64,000 nt of DNA, from positions 62,001 to 126,000 of the forward strand of contig NW_020846609.1 of the NCBI RefSeq assembly GCF_003704095.1. Reading direction: 5' to 3'. The DNA is from Pocillopora damicornis (taxonomy: Eukaryota). Shown here in pieces: positions 62,006 to 64,000 of the stretch (position 1 is the stretch's first letter; each line of letters begins with the position of its first letter). The notes below the pieces were generated by a model. The model searched no databases and was not told where the DNA came from. It was given only the letters and a program-made list of their open reading frames with translations. Both the position numbers and the translations under genes were made by a program.

Positions 62006-63623
62006 ATGACTCACTTTTCTAAAGGATCCGAAAAGCCTGTCTCAAAAACAGATGGCCTCCGCCTCTACAGTATGCGATTTTGTCCTTACGCACAGGTAAA
62101 CATTTTGACGTTCTGTGCGTGCCGTATTAAACTTGATAGCCATAGTTGTGAAAGGCCAGCTTCAGTATTTATTTCATCTGCCTTCTTTCTCGTTGGTTTT
62201 CTATTCGGGGTACTGGTAACACATTCTGCGAAATATACTCAGCGATTGTCTATTCCATGTTTGTAGAGAACACGACTAGTGCTTGCAGCAAAAGGGATTG
62301 AGCACGAGTGTGTGAACATCAACTTGAAAGACAAACCAGAATGGTTTTTCGAGCTGAACCCCGTTGGAAAGGTCCCAGTGATTGAGCTGCCTGGTGGAAA
62401 GGTTATTTACGAGTCTGCAATATGCTGTGGTAAGGGACAAGGTTTTGAAATCTTGTGTACGGGCCAAATAAGAAAATTCTTTCATGGCCTGGATTTCAGG
62501 AGTAACTTGAAAACCGTATATTTATAGTCAAACTATTGCAACTTCTCGATCCATGTGCGATTGTTGTTACTTGTCTTCACTTCTCTTTTCAGAATAATTA
62601 CTTAGAACGTTATTTAGAGGAATTAATATGTTTTTCCGATAACAGTACTGTTTTTCATGGCAAGTGCTTGGCAATGTAACAACTCGGATGTCATGTGACC
62701 TAATACGGAACTGTACGTAGAACAAATCGCTGAATTTTCTCCAGGCAATAGTATTTGGGTAACCGGACTCATCTGCTTGAGATCCAAAATATCAATCTTT
62801 CCTTTTTGACTCGACTAGTTTCCTTCTGAAATTAGTCATCATAAAAATATTTTCCTGTTTATGAATGATTTCTTCTGAGGAGGAAGGGTTCAAGTTTGAT
62901 TTACTGAAATCCGAAAGCCCACTGGTTCTGCCCCGGATTGAAATTTGATGGACCCAGTCCAGCAAGGAAAGCTTTAAACCAAATTAGTCTAAATTGTAGT
63001 CAAAATTTACAAAATGTCACATTTTCATCCTAAGTTGCAGATTCCTGTGCAATAAGGTGAAAAAAACCCATGTCTGTTGTTAGACCTTTATTTTTTTTTT
63101 CCACGCAAAAGACTTCCACAAAAACTGGCTACCTTTTTAAATGACTGGCTACCCAAACATGAAAATTCATAAAATAATGGAGTTAAACTGAAAATTAAGT
63201 CATTTGTCATCTTTCAGATTTCCTAGAAGATATGTATCCAGGAAAGACAAATTTGTTTCCGAAGGATCCATTTGAAAAACACAAGCAACGATTACTGGTT
63301 GAAGTTCTGTGTAATAAGGTACACATTCATTCTTACCCACTCCTTATAGAATGTTTCTTCAGATTCAGAGGCAGCCCTGGAAGCTACAGAGTTTTGGAAC
63401 AAAAACTGATCCTCAATTCAATGCCATGTCATTTGTGTCATAAATAAATTTATTACTTCCTGGTTGATAAAATCCAAGCCAATTACTTGATTTTATGCAT
63501 TGCAGCTCACATCTGCCTTTTACAAATCTATACGGGGTGGTGATGATGCCAAAGAGGAACTATACAAGCAACTGGCTGCGTTAGAAAAAGAACTCAAAGA
63601 GAGGAATACAAAATTTATTGGAG
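62006..63623 (+). CDS. GSTO: Omega-class glutathione S-transferase copy 2, 3'-partial; exons 62006-62095, 62267-62429, 63218-63318, 63506-63623
   Basis: [41 protein letters not shown]; same intron positions as copy 1; last exon lies outside the window. Confidence 0.92.
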
Positions 63624-64000
63624 GTGAGCTCTTGTCAATTATTTTGATTCAGATAGGTTTAAGTATATTGCCTGTTCTTCCAATGCTAGAGGAAACTGGT
63701 AACATGACAATTTGGTTAATTGTCTGAAAAATTAAAAAAAAATTATATAATATCCTTCTCCCATCTATATGTGAAGGCCAGGGTTTCCTTGTTTTCATGA
63801 GGTTTTTACATTAATTTTCTAATGAGCCCCAAGGCTTATTTCTTTTCTCTGAAATGTTTATTTCTTCTCATGTTGATCTTTCAGTCTTCAACTAGTTTCA
63901 TACCAGGAACTCACACAAATAAATTGTACAGGAAGGATTCAGGGAGACAGGATTAGAAAAAACTTCCCTTTTTCCATCACATCCTGTAAAGGAATCAGGC

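Overview
AT-rich, intron-rich animal genomic DNA. The repeat families resemble those I recall from stony corals; that taxon call is an inference. Gene order: a probable mitochondrial-protein gene running off the left edge (-), head-to-head with YRDC (+, 5 exons); two intronless ZDHHC16-like palmitoyltransferase paralogues head-to-head with only 73 bp between their ATGs, both lacking the DHHC aspartate (CHHC and SHHC); two tandem hnRNP R/Q (SYNCRIP-like) paralogues flanking a CpG-rich spacer that holds a candidate structured RNA; a ~39-exon MMS22L gene whose ~11.8-kb intron 6 contains a 100-N gap, an antisense nested intronless tandem Vps62/DUF946-like gene and a Crypton recombinase relic; and an omega-class GST cluster (one copy with an in-frame TGA, one orphan frameshifted exon, one copy with a tandem ARE array, cut by the window end). 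MITEs, tRNA-derived SINEs and two minisatellites are interspersed. Exon boundaries were read by eye from GT/AG sites and phase, and homology calls come from remembered family motifs, not database searches.
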